DNA of 63,942 nucleotides, the filler included. It is 7 parts of 7 records of this genome, joined end to end, with 100 filler letters (N's around TTAATTAATTAA, not from the genome) between each part and the next. Parts side by side here need not be neighbours in the genome. Positions count along the whole stretch, not along the records: positions 42,962 to 51,108 come from DRR378314_1140; positions 51,209 to 58,717 come from DRR378314_1144; positions 58,818 to 63,942 come from DRR378314_1317; 4 more parts are not named here. The stretch is one strand, 5' to 3'. Below the pieces are notes generated by a model, which worked only from the letters and a program-made list of their open reading frames with translations, was not told the DNA's origin and did no database searches. Of this stretch, positions 50,305 to 63,783 are shown one piece after another (the stretch's first letter is position 1; each line of letters starts with the position of its first letter). Both the position numbers and the translations under genes were made by a program.

Positions 50305-51108
50305 GGCGCAAGCGCCACTTCCTGCCCAGTCTGACAAGCGCCACCCTCGTGCTGCGTGCCAATAAACACATGTATTCATGCACTTACTCTACACCCGCAT
50401 AGCTGTGAATAGGAGCATTCCAACGCGTACATAGTTACTGGGAGCTGCTCCCCAACCGCAGCAAACGCCCAGCCTCCGGCTACGCCAGTTCTTCGGCGGT
50501 GTCCTCGCGGCGAGGCGCAGTCTCGCTCGCTGCGCCTCGCCCGCGCTCTGCGCGCTTCCGCACGAGCTGCTCCACCATTTTTCGCTCCGCCTGCCACAGC
50601 GCAGCAAACCGGAGGGCCAGTGCGTTGCAGCACGTCCGAGAGTCATGGAGGGCACTTCCAGTCAGATTTGCGGGCAATAAAATGAAAGAGCAAGAAACGC
50701 AAGTCGACCAAAGCAAAAAACCTAAGAGAAAAGAACGAAGAAGAAGAAAAGGCATCGCTGTAGGCCCTTTTGGAAGAGCGAAAGCAGCGAATGTGCAGCG
50801 TCCAGCTCCACGAGCGGGAAGAAAGGAAGAAAGAAAAACAAAGAGCCAACAACTGTGCTGCGCCTGACGTAGCGTGCCGCCTTGCTTCAGTACCACGATT
50901 CGCTCTCAAACACATGCGCGTACCTCCTTATCGTCTTGAATGGATCGATACACCCAGCCGCTCAAAAAGCCTATTCATTTGCGCGCACAGATCGGAAAGC
51001 GCTCGCGGCAAGAGCATGAGAAGGTACTTCGGCAACAGAGGCTGCCGCGTTCGCAAAGGCAGCACAAGACGCAGTTTCTTCTTTTTCTTTTTCTTTTTTT
51101 TTTTTTTT

Positions 51109-51208
51109 NNNNNNNNNNNNNNNNNNNNNNNNNNNNNNNNNNNNNNNNNNNNTTAATTAATTAANNNNNNNNNNNNNNNNNNNNNNNNNNNNNNNNNNNN
51201 NNNNNNNN
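51109..51208. other. Artificial contig linker
   Basis: N44-TTAATTAATTAA-N44. Confidence 0.99.
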
Positions 51209-51234
51209 AGAGAGAGAGAGAGAGAGAGAGAGAG
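51209..51234. repeat. (AG)n microsatellite at contig end
   Basis: Perfect AG run abutting the gap. Confidence 0.95.
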
Positions 51235-51389
51235 GATCTACATGAGTGCGAAAGTGTCGTACAGCTTGATTAGCACAGTGACATTTTTCACGTTAAAGAC
51301 GACACGAGCGATGGGGCTGACGTCCGTTTTTCGTTCTTATGACACCGTTTCGTTGCTCTCGCAACGCTTCTCTTTCTGCTTTTCCGCAG

Positions 51390-54300
51390 CCGTCCCGTTT
51401 CAGCAACGGCGTCAGTTGTTCGAGACCGCGCGCGAGGCTGCTCGTGCTGCTGCGAAGGTTGGCGAGAGGGCTGCCGAACAAAACCCCACCGCCGCTTCGC
51501 CAAGCGTTGAACCAGCGCGCGACGAGCCTGCGCTATCAGCCAGTGAACCTGACAGCGCTCCAGCGGCTGATATTGCGCATGCGTTTTCGTCGGAGGCGAC
51601 GAGTGTTGTCGACTCGCGTGTGTCGCGCGAAGCTGTTCCCGGCGACCTGTCGTCGCGCGAAACCCCGCCAGAGGTCTCGCCGCTTCCCTCGCAGCCCGAT
51701 GGTGAGCCTGACAAGGCCGCTGCAGCGCCGTCGACTGCTGCCGAAACAGTTCAGCATACCGACGTTGCAGGCACGGATGAAGCAACGAGTGTTGCGGTAG
51801 GAGAGGAAGAGGAGGCGCGCGCTGTGCAGAGTGAAGAAGCGGCGAGCGGAGACGGAGCCGCGCGAGCGCCGCAAGCGCCGCCGTCTGCGCCGCTCCCCTC
51901 CGCAGAGACAACGCCCGGCGAGACCAAGGCGGCGATCAGTAAAACCGCACGCGTCTTGTCTCGCCTAAGTCGCGTGTCGCAGCGCCAGAGCGGCGATTCC
52001 GCGGGCGCGGCGCAGCCGGGGAAGCCGTCCGCTTCCAAAGTGCCGCGGCGCCCGATCTCCGCCGTGGCTGCAGCGACCGCCGCGGCCGCGTCGGGGCGGA
52101 GGCGCAGCGTCACGAGCGCGCTGCGCAGCCCAAAAGCGCCGGCAGCGGCGGTGGCAGCGGCAGCGGCGGCGTCGCACGCGCATCGTGCCGCGGGGCGAGC
52201 GGCGGCGTCGCCGGGACCCGCGTCGCCTGCGCCCAAGGTGCGACACGCGCGTGCGCGGGGACGGCCGCAGTCCGCGCGCCGCGAGCATCCCTGTTCGTTT
52301 CTCCCAGGTCACGTTTCTTGCAATTTTTTTCCTCGATTGGCACTTGCTTTGCGGTTGTTGTTTGCCCTCTCTTTGTCCTGGATCTGAGAGGTGTTGGCCG
52401 CGCTGCGCGTCCCTGCGTGCCCTCTTGGTCGACGCCTGCGGATCTGTCGCTCAGCCGTGGAGAGTACCCGATACGCCTCTATTCGCAAATGACGTAAATT
52501 GCCTTTTTTGCAATACTGAGATCTGTGAGTGGGTGATGAATGACAAAGGCATCTCCCTCTCTCTGTAGGGACTGCGGAAGCAGCACGGCAGAGACAGCGA
52601 ACAGCGGCAATGAAATTCTGTTGGAGTAACGCGTGGTGTTCCTGCAGCTTCGCGTGCCTGATGCTTTTGGTATCGCCTTTTGTAGCGCTCGTAGACCTTT
52701 TCTCAGTGAGCGTGACTGCTGCGCTGTGTTATGGTCGTCGCTGCCTTGTTGTCCGTTTGCCGCAGCGATCGCTGGGAATCGTGCGCCCGCTCTCCGGGCA
52801 GCGCGGGATGCCGTCGGGCGCCGTCCCGAAACCGCCATCGAGCCAGAAGCACGACGAAGACAAGGTACAGGAGACCCCTTTTGCGCCGCTCTGCGCAATC
52901 GCCGTATGCTACGTGCTCCGCTATTCCCACTGATAATTCTATGACCTATTCCGCTTGCAATCGGAGCGTCTACCCCGCGACGCGGTGCACAAAAGGGCAG
53001 GTCACGACCGGGCTCCGCCTCGAACGCTCTTCCGCATTCTCGAATGTTCTTAGTCTTCTGTTTGTACACTGAGCCACTATCGCGAACCGACTGGTGTGCG
53101 TGCAGACCAATGCCGATGCGGAACAGCAGATCACCGTGCTCAAGCAGCGCGTACGCGCTTTGGAGCTTGAGAATGGAGCTTTGCGTGAGCAGGCGTCGCG
53201 CGCAAGGAGGCTCGAATCCATTGAAAGCTCAATGTCGAAGAAGGAGGTTCGTCGCCCGTTCTTTCCCTTTTTTGCCGTATTGGAGACCGCGCTGCCATCG
53301 TGCTGAGACAGCGTTATCCTGTCGCACTCTTGTGTGTACGAGCGAACGCCGAGCGCGATCGGACGGGTGTCCTGGCAGCCAGTTTGTCGCGTGCAGTCAC
53401 GTTTTCACGTTGCCGCTCTCACGCACCGAAAGCAGATTTTGCTGCCGGTCTACGTGCAAGCTCCATACATTGCGCTTTCTCTCACAATGTGATCGCTTGT
53501 TCTTCGTTTCGTTGGAATGCGTAACCAGGGTGAGCTCGAAGTACTGCGGAACGAGAACAGCGAGAAAGACGCGCAGGTGAAGCAGCTTCGCGCGCAGCTT
53601 GCGCGGGCAAACGAGCGCGAGAAGGAGCTCGCCGAGGCGCAAAAGGGCCTTGAGGCGCAGCTAGCGGGTATTCGCGCGTATGCACTGGAGCAAGAACGCC
53701 TGCGCGCCAAGGTGTTTGCGAAGCTGAAGAAGGAACGCGAGCAGCGCCGGGAGGCCGCCGCTGCCGGTAACGATGCTGCAGCGGAGGGCTCGTCCGACGA
53801 CGAGGAAGAAGGGTTCTTCAGCTTTGGCGACGGGGAAAAGGTCGAGGCAATGCACGATTACAAAGCATCACAGGATGAGTGTCTCTCACTTGTGAAAGGT
53901 GCGAATACGTGTGCGTGTGAGGAAAGGGGAGAAGAGAAACGCTTAGCTTTCTCCGTAGTTCGCTCGATTATGGAAGTACGTGGTGCGGGAGAGGTCCGCG
54001 CTATCCACCACCGCAAACCGGCCCAGAAGAGCGAGCTCAGCACAGCCGAACACGAGCCAGTGTGATTGCTAAATCGCTCCACTTGTAACGCTGACATTCA
54101 TTTTCCTACTGTTTCCAAAGTAGTAGACAACGAAAGAAACTGTCGTCGCAAACGTTTCTTTGTGTTTTGGCAGTGTTGTGTTGGAGTGCGTTGGCGAGCA
54201 CAGTGTCCGGCAGTGTCACCAAGAGTTGGTTGTTTTTTTATTTCTGGTCGCAATGAGCGCAAAACTTTCCTTCGACTGCCCTTGAAGCGCAGTGCGAGTA

Positions 54301-57300
54301 TTGCCTACTTGTATTCGCTGACGTGTGCATGCGAAAATTCGTGCTACTGTGGCGCGTGCAACGTGGGGCGCGCGCCGGAATAGGCGAGATACTGGAGGTG
54401 ATGCGGTCGGACGCGTCCGGCTGGTGGCTCGGTCGCTGTCCGCGCGGCTCCGGGTGGTTCCCGTCGAACTTCGTGCGAAAACTCGACGCTTTCGCAGTCG
54501 GACTGCACGACGGAGAGCTCGATGACGACGAAGACGACGAGAGGAAGCAGGTGCGCAGCGCGGTTCCGGCCGTACCTCGAAACGCGCCGTGCATTCCACA
54601 TCGCGCTTGTGTGGGCGCACTTGCAGAATGTAATAGTCGCGCCATTCCCCACAAAGCAGAGCTTTGTTCTCCATGCGCTTCTGTGGCGGAAGGGAATGCG
54701 CAATTAGCACTACCCTCTCACTATTGTAGTTATAGTGTTTGTGGCTGCGGAAGACATCGGACGAGCTGGAAGCGATCGAGCGTATATGTTCCGTACGTCT
54801 CTTACCCTCTCATTGCTTGTGGATGTCTGCGTGTTCGCTGTGTGCGTGCGCCACAGCGTGTGAAATCGCTCATGTCGCGCCCCTCGGTGTGCGGACAAGC
54901 GATGCTCCCGAACCCGAGCAAGCATGACGAAGCGAGCGAGGCGCCGCCCATCTCTGTTGCGCCGGGAACGCCACGGCGGGGTGGAAGTGCAACGATTCGT
55001 GTCGGAACAGGGCAGAAACGCGCGGCGTCTGCAGTTGCGTGGGCTGAAAAGGCAGCACAGGTGCGCAGTGGGCGAACGGCACGCACTGGGCGCGATCTTC
55101 CGCATGTAGCCACGACACACTGTCTCGCAGCCCTCAGCCAGCTCTCTTGGCGTTAGCCTTCGCGGTATATTTTGGACGCGAGAAAACAAGGCGTTCCGCA
55201 TAGAGGGTGCATGGCGAGGCGCCATGTGATCGTAAAGTCGCATCTCGGTGCGCGAGATTCTTCTTCGCCGCGGTTGCGGGTTAGCGACTCGCGCAACCAG
55301 AGCGCATATTGCGCGCTGCGCAATGTACTGCGTAGGTGCTACCCAGCAGTTCCTTTGCTGCAATCTACAGGCTGCCTTTATCTGTTTCTGTATGAAGCAT
55401 TGACTTTCGAGATGAAAGTGCTGAAAGCAAGGCTTGGGGCCGCAGTCTGGCATTGCCCACCTGCTGTGCCGCGACTCTCTTGTACCGCAAGAGAGCCAGC
55501 ACGATCGAGCCAGTGGCCGCGGAGGAAGGTTAGCTCATGGCGGCCTAGTACCCTAACCCTAAGTATTGCGTCTTGCGCTGCTGTGTTCTTATTCTTCTTG
55601 ATCCGATCTTGCGCTCTTGTGGGTGTACCTGTACATGCGTTACTTGGTATGTAGATTATTCAAGTGACCAGTTTGCTGGCTTCGCAGGCGAAATCGGCGT
55701 TTGAAGGCGCGACATCGCTCGGCGATCTCGCGCAGAAGCGCGGCGTGGCGGAATGCCTTTCCGCTGCTGACGAAGTCATCACGAAAACGAGGATAATTGC
55801 GTCAAAGCTCTCCCCGGACGCAAGCACAAAGACAGCAGGTACGAATAGTGTAAAGCTATTGCCTCTGTATTTTCAAATGGGCTCCGGCGGCAGATGTCGC
55901 AATGACTGCGATCGTGCCGAGCGCTCGAAGAGACGTCTCAGTGTGGCAATGTTACGCATGAAGAAAGGCCACATGCGTATTTTTTCACATTCTTTGATCA
56001 CAAATGTTCCGCTCCTCGATCGACAGCGCACGGTATATGTGCTACCAGAGAGCGCTATGATAAATGGCCAAGTGGAGCGTAACCTGTTAGCTACTCAGTC
56101 CCTTTATTCCCTTCTCCGTCGCTGCTGCTCATTGGCCGCTGTTTCTCCGGTGGGAATGCGTTCGCTGCAACGAAACGCGACGAAGCAAGCAATTCTATAG
56201 CACGCTTTCCATTGGCGCTGCTTCGCTGTCGTATAGCAAAGGACCGTACCTGGTTTTGTACGAATTGGCAGCGTGTTCTGCCTTTCACAGTATTACCTGG
56301 TCGGGAATACCCACTTTGCTCGAGCGTTTTGCCGTCACGGGATGTTCTGAGAAAAGCGCGACAGGTTTTCCATTTTTGGCTGCTTCAACAAAAAAAAAAA
56401 TATGTTCGCTGCTTATATCCTTTGCGACATTGGAACGTTCCTCCGTGTGCCTGCATGGAATCGTGCGCTTCTCTCTTGCACACCCGGACGCAGCTCTACA
56501 TTTCTCTTGTAACACAAGGTTCACTTTCAACATCTTTTTGTGTTTATATTTTCTCCTTTGCGCTCGTCTCGCAGGAATTGTGTCTGCTGAGCATCTCAGT
56601 GACCTCGTCAGTGCGCTGGAAGAAGCGTCGAAACGCTTCAGTGAGCAGCTTGACATTGCGCTTCGCAACCTCTTCCGCCTCAAAGCCGAAGGAACTCCAA
56701 TGAAAGTACAACAGCGCAAGCCTGTTCTTCTGAAACGACGATCGCTGAAACGCCAGGGAAGTGAGGGAGAATCCACTGGAACAGCAAAGGGAAAATCGGC
56801 GAAAGGAGGGGCTCGGAAGTCTCGAGGTGCGAGAGAGCGCGCTCCGCTTCTCTACTACTCCCCAGCATCTACGCGCGAACTCGTTTCCCCGCAGAGTGTA
56901 CTGCGAAGGAAGTGAATTTTCATTGCACTTCAACATGCCGTGAGATCGTTGTAGCAGGTGCAGGTACAGCAGAGACTAATCACGCGGAGTCACGTCAGAA
57001 CCCATTGCTATCATCGTGCCGAGAAAAGCGGTTTTCAGGGACTTATTCCAAACTTGTTGGGGCGCTTGCGCTTCGTTCTCCCGCTCTCGTTCTTGGTTGG
57101 AAGAGTTCACCTCTGCCGCTTCAGTTCCCTCAGCGTTTGAGCGATTCGATCAGATTCCGGACGATGACGGGGAAGCACAGCGCGCTCACGCCGAAGAATC
57201 TGCGCCTCAATCTGTGAGACCTACACCAGAATCTGTGAGAAAGGCTCCGGAATCGACCGCGCAAGTCGATTCTGATACGGAATCAACGGCGTCAAGTACG

Positions 57301-58310
57301 ACGTCGACCCTCGAAGAAACCGATGCGAAAGCCGGTCGAAGGCAGCAAATCTTCGACGAAATTGTGGCGACCGAACAAGCATATGTGCGCGATCTCGCAG
57401 TCGTTTTCGATGTGTTTGCTCGTCCATTGGAAGAAGAGCGGCATTTAGATGCGAATCAGTGCCGTGTCCTTTTTGCGGGCTTGAAGCCGATTTTGCAGAC
57501 GAATCGCGAGTTCCTCCAGTCTCTCACGCAGCTAAAGGAACAGGGGAAATCTCCGACTGCTGTCGCGAACGTTTTCATCACCATGGCGCCGTTTTTCAAG
57601 GTCTACACCGCGTACATCAACAACCACTCGAGCGCTCTCGTCGTGCTCGGTGAAGCGATGCGCTCAAGTTCTGCGCTGCGGGACTTCCTCGCGAAATGCG
57701 AGAAAGATCAGCGGACAAACAACCGCAATCTCGCGTCGTTTCTCATCATGCCCGTACAGCGAATTCCGCGGTAAGATCGGGCAGCGCGATGAACCGCCGC
57801 AGCGATGTAGACGTGACACTGATAATGCTGAACGAGAAAGAATTGTCTGTTAGAAGTGGTATTTTCCTTTGTTCAATCACTCTGCTCGGGAGCTTTCCTC
57901 TGCGTATGAGAGTGTCTGTGGGTGCGATAGAGAGCGAGTGGATGAGTCGGTGAGGTAGTGCAAGAACCAGAAAGAGAGTCGCTCACAATGTCCATGATTG
58001 AAGTTGCGTCACTCCGCCACAGATTCCGCCAGTGATTGCGTCTGCCAATCATAAAGCTCGTGGAATCATGAGAGAAAGTGAGATGCAGGCAGTCCCAGAG
58101 TCTGTTTGTGAGTGAGTGTGTGAGAGATACTGTGCTGTGGTCGTGCGAATCTCGTTCTCAGGGTTTTCCTTTCGTTTCTCGTATTCCCGCCCTGTGTTAC
58201 TCGCTTTCTTTTGTTTTAGATATGTCTTGCTTCTAAAGGATCTCTTGACGTCGCTTCCAGAGGACCATCCGAACTTTGAGCGCGTTTCGAATGCCTTCTT
58301 CGCGATTCAG
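51390..58310 (+). CDS. Multi-exon low-complexity / coiled-coil / SH3 / DH (RhoGEF) protein, truncated at both ends
   Basis: SH3 split by an intron (VEAMHDYKASQDECLSLVKG/EILEV..SGWWLG..GWFPSNFV); DH motifs EIVATEQAYVRDL, FFKVYTAYINN, SFLIMPVQRIPR/YVLLLKDLL; middle exons not fully resolved. Confidence 0.82.
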
Positions 58311-58689
58311 GTGCGTAAGGGAGACGCAAAGGGAGAAATGCGCGATAGCTGCTGAGAGAATTTGCAGCGTAAACGCGACGAATCTCCGTGATACGTTCGC
58401 GGCTCTGCGCCATAATATCCGCCATAGCTGCGAGGTGATGCGTTACTCCCTCTCTTTTCTCCAAAATGGAATACAACGGGGATGTTACAGGCTAGGAGCT
58501 TGAAATGATTGTTGCACGATCGTGAAGAGAGTCCTTCAACACACAAGGTGTAATTTTTGGTTTCGATATTTGCTGTAGATTTCAGACAGGTCGATATCTT
58601 TCCATTTTTCGTTCTTTCTGTTCCAGTTCCGCTATTCACAGTGTATACGTACAGCTCATCGCGATGCGGTCGTGATGAATGGGTTCTTT

Positions 58690-58717
58690 TGCTTTGCTTT
58701 GCTTAGCTTTGCTTTGC
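58690..58717. repeat. (GCTTT)n pentamer repeat at contig end
   Basis: gctttgctttgcttagctttgctttgc. Confidence 0.85.
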
Positions 58718-58817
58718 NNNNNNNNNNNNNNNNNNNNNNNNNNNNNNNNNNNNNNNNNNNNTTAATTAATTAANNNNNNNNNNNNNNNNNNNNNNNNNNN
58801 NNNNNNNNNNNNNNNNN
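58718..58817. other. Artificial contig linker
   Basis: N44-TTAATTAATTAA-N44. Confidence 0.99.
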
Positions 58818-59181
58818 CCTTACTCTCTACCAGGCCAAGGCTGTCTTTGTGATTTTGATCCAGCTTAAGACATGACCATGTTACAATGTGTGTAATAGTT
58901 TTTCCTACGAAAGTGAATGCGCTGTGTGAAACTAAAAGAGGGTGCTGGCCAGCGCGCGTGTGAGTAGAGCGCGAGCTTCGCACGCGTGAGCGGCTCGATC
59001 CTGCTGTGAACGAGGCAACGCGCTTTCTGCCGCCTACACTTCCTGCAGTAATACCAGATGCGGGACAATGACTCTATTTTGCGACAGTTTATTCTCGTTT
59101 CCGACCGCCGTTGACGTATTTGATTTCGCTTTCTTTATCGTGGTTGGTGCAACGTGTGGCTGGCGGTGCGGTCGTGTGCAG

Positions 59182-60695
59182 GAAGATGCTGCATCTTCGT
59201 TTGCGGCGGCGATCGAGTCGTTGATCCGGCAGGACGGCGACGCGTCGGAGCTCGATACAACACAGAACGCCTCAGGGTACCGAGTTGTCCTTCGCACAGC
59301 GAAAGGTAAGACCACAAGCAGAGCTTTCGTTTGGCACCTTGCACAGACCAGGGACCGCTATTTTCCAGGCGTGAACTTTGTCCCAGTGTTACGCAGCGAT
59401 TCCTCGCTCGTTGCGCACGACCGGCGAGCAAGTGAGACGCGCGGGGCGCGTACTGGCAGGAAGAGGAACGAGTCCAGTGGACGTTACGGAACTGCTGCCT
59501 CACTGCGCATCGCCGCACGTCTTGCTGTTTCGCGTGTGCCTCCGGTCTGCTAACGCGTGCGTTCCATTGCAACCGCGCTCGTGGTTCCTCGCGCCTGTTT
59601 CGCCGTCTTTGCGCAGCTTTTGCATCGAGCGACGTTGTTGTGCGCTTCGGCCGCGCGCACAATCGTGACGAGAGCAGTGAAGTTGTGGAGACTGAGATTG
59701 CTGCCGAGTGGGCACGGCGTCTCGCGTCGTCACAGCGCATGTTCAACGCTTCCAAATTTCGTTTTGCCGGCTCACGCACCGAAGGCCGCAGTGTGGTGCT
59801 GGATCTGGGACTTACCGATTATCGGTCGTTCGTTGGAACACAGCTGTCGCGCTCCTGGTTGACCGTCTCCAAGACGCAGCGCGCGGAAACACTCTCTAAT
59901 GGAGTCATTGTGGAAACCGCTGACGGTCACATCGTCATGATCCAGCGATCCTCCGCTGTAGCGGAGGCGCAGGGGCTTGTAGTGTGCCCCGGAGGGCATG
60001 CGGAGCCTGAGCGAGCGCGCATTAGTGCTGCGCCAGAGGACATCGAGGTGCACGACGGCTCCTCGGCAATCGTGCGCGAATTTTTCGATTCGGCCATCGA
60101 GGAGGTCGTAGACGAAACCGGAATCCCACGCGCATCTCTCTCGCCCCCGCGTTTCATTGGCATAGTGCGTCGCATTGAGAATGCGAGGCTTGTTGCGTTC
60201 TTCGTGTTGACATGCGATATGAGTATCGATCAGGTTTCCGCGGCGTACCTGGAGCATCATCGCGAAGATTCGTTCGAGAGCACACAGATCCTGTTCTGCC
60301 CCACTGAAGATGTCATCAACGACCGTGTATACCACCCTATGCCAGGATGTCATGTAGGTACGACCCAAAGTCGTCGTTACTTGTGTCTGTACCTGTCGCG
60401 CTGAGCGTGTGAAATAGCCGCGTGTGCTCGATTTCGTGCCTCTGTGTCGGTCTTGTGCGCAGCGAGGCTGCTCCACGCGCGTGTCGCGCTGGCCTGAGGG
60501 CGCGTCTGTGCAACGAAGAGCTCAGGTGCACGATTGGCGGCTGTCTCCGACACGCAAAGCCCGCCGATTCGTCTCTCTCTGCCCTCCCCATACACTGAAA
60601 GCTGTGGTGCAATGGCGCGCGTGACTGTGTACGGTGTCTTCCATCCAGGTGGCCTGCAGCTGTTCCGCGACTGGGTCCGCGGCGGCCGCTCGTGA
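59182..60695 (+). CDS. NUDT22: NUDT22-like Nudix hydrolase, 5'-partial; exons 59182-59305, 59617-60357, 60649-60695
   Basis: W..R....MFNASKFR, LGLTDYRSFVGT, PGGHAEP, FFDSAIEEVVDETGI, MPGCHV/GGLQLF. Confidence 0.85.
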
Positions 60696-61161
60696 TGCGA
60701 CGGAATCCGCCGCTCTGGCTTTTACGCGGTACCACCGCGTTTGACCGTCGTGTAGAGCGAGGTTGAAGATCTTCACTGGTGCTTCGCGCGAGATTAAAAG
60801 TGCGAGTGCCAGAGATAAGGGTGTTTGCGTGGGTCTGTCTGCGGGAGTGGTAGCAGCGGTTTGCTTTTGTTGAAATTGCACGGCGGCAGCGGCATGGATC
60901 GAACACGCGCGTGCGAGGAGAGCGCGAGATAGTGTCACCAAGGTAGTGTGCTGTATTTGCCAGAAAAGAGAAGATTTGTACGTTGTACATCATTGTGTGT
61001 TATGGAGAAATAAACATGCGCGTGTGATTTCTGCAGGGTATGTGCACGTGGTGCATGACGAAAAGCGCAACGTGCAGGCGAGTCCACAAATGGAGCGAGG
61101 TTGACGGCAGCCTTCTTCCGCACAACCACTCGGGAGCTCGCGGACGAGGTTATGCACCTCC

Positions 61162-63783
61162 TTACTCGCTTGCCGAATCATCTCTCCCTTTTTTCCATAG
61201 TCCAACATGTGTGAGCGTTGGAGGGTGTTGGAGCGCCCACTGGTACAGAACCTGAAACGAGACGGAAACACAGCGACAGCGGTGGCAAACGTGCACTTTC
61301 CCGCGGGGTGAGAATCCGCACTGGCACTCAGTCACCTTGGGACTGCACCAACGCGTTCCGCGTTCTTACGCCAGTACTTTAAATGTGCTTATCGCTATGA
61401 GGGTACTATGCAATAGTAGCAGCACTATACGGTAACGCTAGAGTGATGCAATTGGTTGATGAAACTCGCGGGAAGTGGCTGTCCGAATGAATGGCCTTTG
61501 CGGAGTGATGCGCAGAGTGGAAACGAAGTTCGCCGCGCACCTCCAGCTCTTGATAGCTCCGGACGAGGTCACGAAGCAGAGCTTTCTCCAGCTTTTTATG
61601 GCCATTCTTTTTCTCCTTGGATGACACATGTTTGATGGATTGCCTTCGATGCTGCTCAGTTACAAAGGCGTGGTGAATTTCAGCAAGGTAAGTGAGAAGA
61701 TGTGGGTGCGCGGCTCCTGATACCTCAGACGGCGAGTGCAAATCCTCGACATTGCAAAGCGGCAGCGTACGGATACCTGTGTGATACCGCTTCTCCAAGT
61801 TGGCGGAACATGTGTCAAGGTATATGTCATGTTTCTACAAGAAAACTTATACTTTCATTTTCCAGTGCACACGCGGAGAGGCCCAACATACTGATGCACT
61901 TGGCTCACGCTCTTCCTCTGCCGCGGATCTCCTCTCGTTTGCGCCCGCCGTTTCGCTCCTGCCTTGGGCTCTGCTCCTGAAAAGGATGGAGAGTGCACAC
62001 AATCGAACAGAAGCGGGACAGACCCCACAGGGAACAATCGACGTGTCATGATGCATGGAAATCAAGAGGTAGAATGCAGGCTTACATCGTTTCATGAGAA
62101 TCTTCCTTGGATGGGCGTTGCTGACAAGCGGGAAGAGGTGAAGCAATCCATACGGCGTCTCTGTGCTCTGCGCACCTCCGATGAGCTCGTCGGTGGCGCT
62201 CCTCCTGCGTTGACTTGGCGATAATTTCCCGCAAGGTCTCCAAATCCTCTTTGCTGAGGTGTTTCGCCAGTCTTTGTGCGCGGTGAGAAGTTGATGAAGT
62301 AGCTTGCTGATCAACTTGGGAAGAGAGACTTTGAAGGAGCGAATCGAGCAGGACAAACGCCGCTTCGCCTTCCGCTGTGCGTGAGGGCGTGAATCGGGCT
62401 GCACCGATGTCTGCTTCCTCTGCATAAGCGACTTGTTCCGGTTCTTTGCCTTTCTCTCTTCTCGTCTCGGAAACTTTCGCATGATGTTTCTTTTCCAAGG
62501 AGCCTGCAGGTCGGTCGGCTTCTTCCGGGAGGGGCTCACCAGTTTGATCTTGTTTCTCCTGCGCACGCGCCTCAGGGTGGTCGTCGGACGGATTTGCGTC
62601 CTCGGGTAGTGCACGCGGTGACTCCGGTTGTTGCCTTCTGGTCGTGTCACGCTCGTCACACGCTGGGAAAACCGCGGACTGATGTGACGCGCCAGATTTT
62701 CTGTACTGGCCACTTTCCCGCACATTGGTTTGTGGACTGGCACGGAAATGAGGGGCAGCACATGTAGGACCGCTGTTGCCCTGGGCGCGAATCGCACTCG
62801 GACTGTCGGCAGACTGTCTTGTGCCGAGCGTTTTCGATTCCGCGTCGTCTACGATTCGAACCAGTTGGTCTTCGATTCCAGCAAAGAAGGCCGCGCGCAT
62901 CTCTGGCTCTGCCATAGATGGCTTGTCTTTGTCGCGCGCAGTATTATAGAGGTGCTGTAACGCTGGCATTCTGCTGGCACCTACGCGGGACGGCTCGAGC
63001 TCGCTTCCTGCGCCGCACTTTTCGACGTCAGCTATCAGTTGGCGAGCTCGCTGTATCAACAAGGAAGCGCGAATGGAGCGATGGTGTCCGCAAGAATCAG
63101 TTTGCGTGGCAGCGTTTCGCTCTATTTGCGACGGATTCCTGTTATAGAATAGCGTCTGAAAACATCCACGCATATGAGCTGCGACTCCTTGCGTACGCGA
63201 CATGCGGAATGCACTGTACTTGTACTATTCTGCCGCCACTCGCTAGGCCTGAGTCGGGAACAGCGTCACGCTCTTCTCTCGAATACGAGAATATGCGCAC
63301 CGTTTCCGCTTGGTCGTCAAAGTCGCTCGCAAGTTGCGAGGATGGCGCGGCAAAAATATCGACTTCTTCGATGGAATGTTGAATACGAGACATCAAGCTG
63401 TCAATGCCAGTAAGCCTCTCCTGGATAGGAAATCAGGCACACCAGCCGAGGGAACGTCCGTCGCACGTGTTTCCCTGTCGCACATTGGCTCCTGCAAACT
63501 TCCCACCGCGGTGTCGCAGGCGAATCCCCTCGATCGTGCAACATCTAACGCTTGATATTGGGTTCAAATCCAAAGTCGCTGGATCTCAGTGTCCCAGAGT
63601 ATCAGAGTATCAAAAATTGATCTTCTCGTACTTTCCACGTCGTACGTGGGAGCGAATTTTGCGCTCCTTCAGTGTGGCCAGGTAGTGCGCTGGTTTCCGC
63701 CGTGACGTACCTGGATGGGTCGCAGCGCGTTGATTTCAATGTGGTGGATCTTTTCCAGCGCATCTTGCTCCTCTCGAAGAAGC
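61162..63783 (-). CDS. Multi-exon hypothetical protein, 5'-partial
   Basis: About five GT-AG bounded exons (LLREEQDALEK.., ERLTGIDSLMSR.., long exon within 62082-63203, ..LLRDLVRSYQELE, VLYQWAL..SASE*); one junction not fully resolved; no family recognised. Confidence 0.5.
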
